Positions 61,095-64,000 of a stretch of 64,000 nt of DNA are shown here, piece by piece. The notes under the pieces were generated by a model. It was not told the DNA's origin and did no database searches. It saw nothing but the letters and a program-made list of their open reading frames with translations. Position 1 is the first letter of the stretch, and each line of letters begins with the position of its first letter. Origin of the DNA: Squalus acanthias (Eukaryota); contig CM059428.1 of NCBI GenBank assembly GCA_030390025.1, positions 146,258,001 through 146,322,000 of the forward strand, given 5' to 3'. The position numbers and the translations under genes are program-made.

Positions 61095-61770
61095 TTGAAC
61101 ATAAAATATTACATACAATTTACAGCACAGAAACAGGCCATTCTGTCCAACTGGTCTATGTCAGTGTGTACGCTCCACACAAGCCTCCTCTCCCCCCCCA
61201 CCCCCTACTTCATCTCACCCTATCAGCATATCCTATTCAGGATAAGGGGTCGGCCATTTAGGACTGAGATGAGGAGAAATTTCTTCCCTCAGAGGGTTGT
61301 GAATCTTTGGAATTCTCTACCCCAGAGAGCTGAGGATGTTCAGTTGATGAATATTCAAGACTGAGATTGATAAATTTTGGGGCACTATGGGAATCTAGGT
61401 GTTATGGGGATAGGGCGGGAAAGTGGAGTCGATGTAGAAGTTCAGCCATGATATTGAATGGCAGAGCAGGCTTCTAACATTCTAACCACTCTCTGGGTAA
61501 AGAAGTTAATAAATATTCCTGTATGCTGCTGTTATATGTAACACCCTAACCACACCACTCCCTAGCATCTTTCAAATTGTATAATTGTAGCCTTTTCTCT
61601 GCCTAGTGGATTGTGGGAGATAGGACCATCAAGGCCATGGAATTAATGATCCCCATATCCTTGATTCCCTTAGTGCCCAAAAATCTATCGATCTCAGTCT
61701 TGACTATACTCATCCACTGAACAGCCACAATCCTCTGGGGTAGAGAATTCCAAAGATTCACAACCATCTT
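61095..61770. mobile_element. cluster of CR1 3' fragments in both orientations
   Basis: Minus-strand tail at 61120-61230, plus-strand FRIRGRPFRTEMRRNFFPQRVVNLWNSLP at 61235-61470, and minus-strand pieces at 61475-61505 and 61620-61770. Confidence 0.8.
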
Positions 61771-61789
61771 ATGACTTGGCCTCCCGAAC

Positions 61790-62900
61790 TTAAGATGCTG
61801 TTATTGGGCAACCCAGATCAAACTAATTGTGGCCTAATCTTTAGTCCCCCAGCAAAACCCATGACTGGGAATGAAAACCTGACCATCCCTACCGTCCCCC
61901 TGCACAGCTTACTATTCATTCACCCTCAGAAGAAACCAACAGGGTGCTGGAAGCATCCCTTGGTGTTTGCACCCCTCAGCCTGGAGGATGGTCTGGGGCT
62001 TGCTGAAGATCCAATCTTAGCTGTCTCCTAATTTGCCATAGTGGAGAGCTCGCAGGAGGATTGCCCTCCATGTCTTTGGCATGAGAAAGAGATCACCAGA
62101 CGAGGCTAGCTCCCCTACAAAATTACTTAACAAACTGCACCTCTCCCAGCATGAGCACTACTGCTATTTTCAGATGAGGTGCAACCTCTTGAATCCTGCA
62201 ATACTTTGCAGACTTCCACGTAAGCCAAAACCCCTTGGATCTCTCCCTCCACTCAGCAGACTCCTGCAGACACATCTCCACTGTCTTCACCATGCTAACC
62301 TCCATGTTTTGTGATAGGACAGAGTATCTGAGGAAATTACCACTATGCAACAAAATTGTACAAAAGCCAGTTGAGGATCATGCATCAGGCAAAACAACAA
62401 CGCACACAAGCTCCACAAATTTCATCCCTCCTTACTGGTCGACTGCTGGAGGGACTGCCCCGATGTGCACCCTCAGGCACACACTCAGGTCATGCTCCCG
62501 CATTCTGGAGAGCCATCCAGGAGACCACATGGACCATTACTGGTCTTGCAATTCCAGAGAACCAAGCTATGTGCTTCTTGGGCCTACCTACTGGAGAGCA
62601 AGGGCCTCCACAATGAGCAGGCCAGCACAACTGTTGGTGCTAGCTGCAGGAAGGTGTAGTCCCCCTTTTTGTAGCAAAATGTAGTCCTCCCACAACATGC
62701 ATGTGGCTGATGCATACAAACATATCGTAGTCAGCACAAATGTATGGCCTCCACCTGGCTACTTGAATACCAAGTAGCTTGGCACCCAGCTACTCAGCGG
62801 TCAATGCCACATTCACCCAAAGCTCAGTAACCCACCCACTGACCATGAAAGGCAAAAAGCCACAACTGATATAACCACTAGATGCAGGGACTTCCCAGAC
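61790..62900 (+). mobile_element. degenerate L1/Tx1-type LINE 3' region
   Basis: Frameshifted C-terminal motifs CTLRHTLRSC and FWRAIQETTWTITGLAIPENQAMCFLGLP, then LLVLAA; resembles the L1-clade ORF2 C-terminus (H..W.CP...FW...I.G..IP...CLLG). Confidence 0.5.
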
Positions 62901-64000
62901 CAAGGAGGATGCCCCAGCCCACTGGCCCGCATTTCTCCCAGTGCAGGCTCAATTTTGCCAAAGCACTCCTCCCACCAGCATTGTGTGATCAAAGTGTACC
63001 ACGGCTTCATATCAAATATATGTCGATGTACACTTTTGAAAATTCTAATAAATGGTTAGTGCAGGAAGTGGGAAAAATTCACATTGGTGCATTGGGGGGT
63101 GCTACCCTGAGAGTGACAACGGTATATTGTAGATGTAAAAGGAAGTTTACTCTGCAGCTAAGTTTACTCTGCAGTTGACTCGGCTATACTAATGTGCGAG
63201 TGCTTGAAATGAGCACTGGGTGGTGATGTTCCATTCCCTCCCCTCGAGCACAAAAACTCACTGCCAAAAACTATTAATTCGATAATGACTCTATGTAAAT
63301 TTCTTCACTGCCTCATTAGATTCATAGGTCAAACATAACATGTCAGTGTGCCTTGAGCAGTGAGTTTACTACAAGCAGGCAATTGAAACCAAAGTTGTTC
63401 ATGTACAACTGTTAGCTCACTGAACCATATGTTCAAGAGGGGGTCCAAGTGGCTGCACGGAAGCTGCAACCAATGTACTGTGGCTCCTCCTATTAAATAG
63501 TCAAACTCCACACACACACACACATTGTTTAGACAACAGTCTGGTTTGTGATGGAGCTGACAGAAAACATTTTTCTATAAACCAGTAGCATAAACATTTA
63601 CTTTTGTCACATTTTACATTTAGTAGCAGCTGTCTTGTTATCGTGATTAAAGTGAGAGGCAATGAGAAACTTGGTAAAAATGAATTCACTGATTTTAGAA
63701 TTTTGTGAGTTAGTTTGCATAATTGAGGTAAGCGTTCCAAAAGCAGGCTGAAGTTTAAAAGCGAATCGATATCTGTAAATCTCATAATCTGGCACATGTA
63801 TGAAAGATGTTAGTGTATTATTTATGATTGTACTAATGCTACCCTGTTCTTGTTGAGTAGAGTGTATGGAACATACTCCTGAAATGAAAGCAGGATCTGC
63901 AGCAACATTAACTGCATCACAGGTTTCTGCTGTAACATCCTCCAGACATACTTCATATCTGCAGCCAGCCACACAAATAGAAAGTAAGGTGTCTTCTGAT

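Overview
Eukaryotic (vertebrate) genomic DNA, most likely from a shark or other elasmobranch; this is inferred from its HE1-type V-SINE, DeuSINE, CR1 and Penelope repeat complement. The window holds the 5' part of a + strand supervillin (SVIL) gene. Twelve phase-compatible exons run from the canonical ATG (16879, [13 protein letters not shown]...) to 60573, including the four symmetric exons that match the muscle (archvillin-type) cassettes. At least one upstream exon (6352-6440) is also present and is open in frame with the ATG. The gene continues past the window end. Introns are full of CR1, L2 and L1 LINE relics, SINEs, a DIRS relic and GC-rich MITE-like elements. The most unusual non-genic signal is a pair of about 230-bp Penelope-derived palindromic inserts with 12-bp target-site duplications, each carrying a minimal hammerhead ribozyme on both strands with a compensatory stem I change between copies. 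Other points of interest are a possible N-terminal extension of SVIL, a GC-AG intron, a NAGNAG acceptor, and several local duplications or inversions. All calls were made by eye, and comparisons with human SVIL are from memory rather than from a search.
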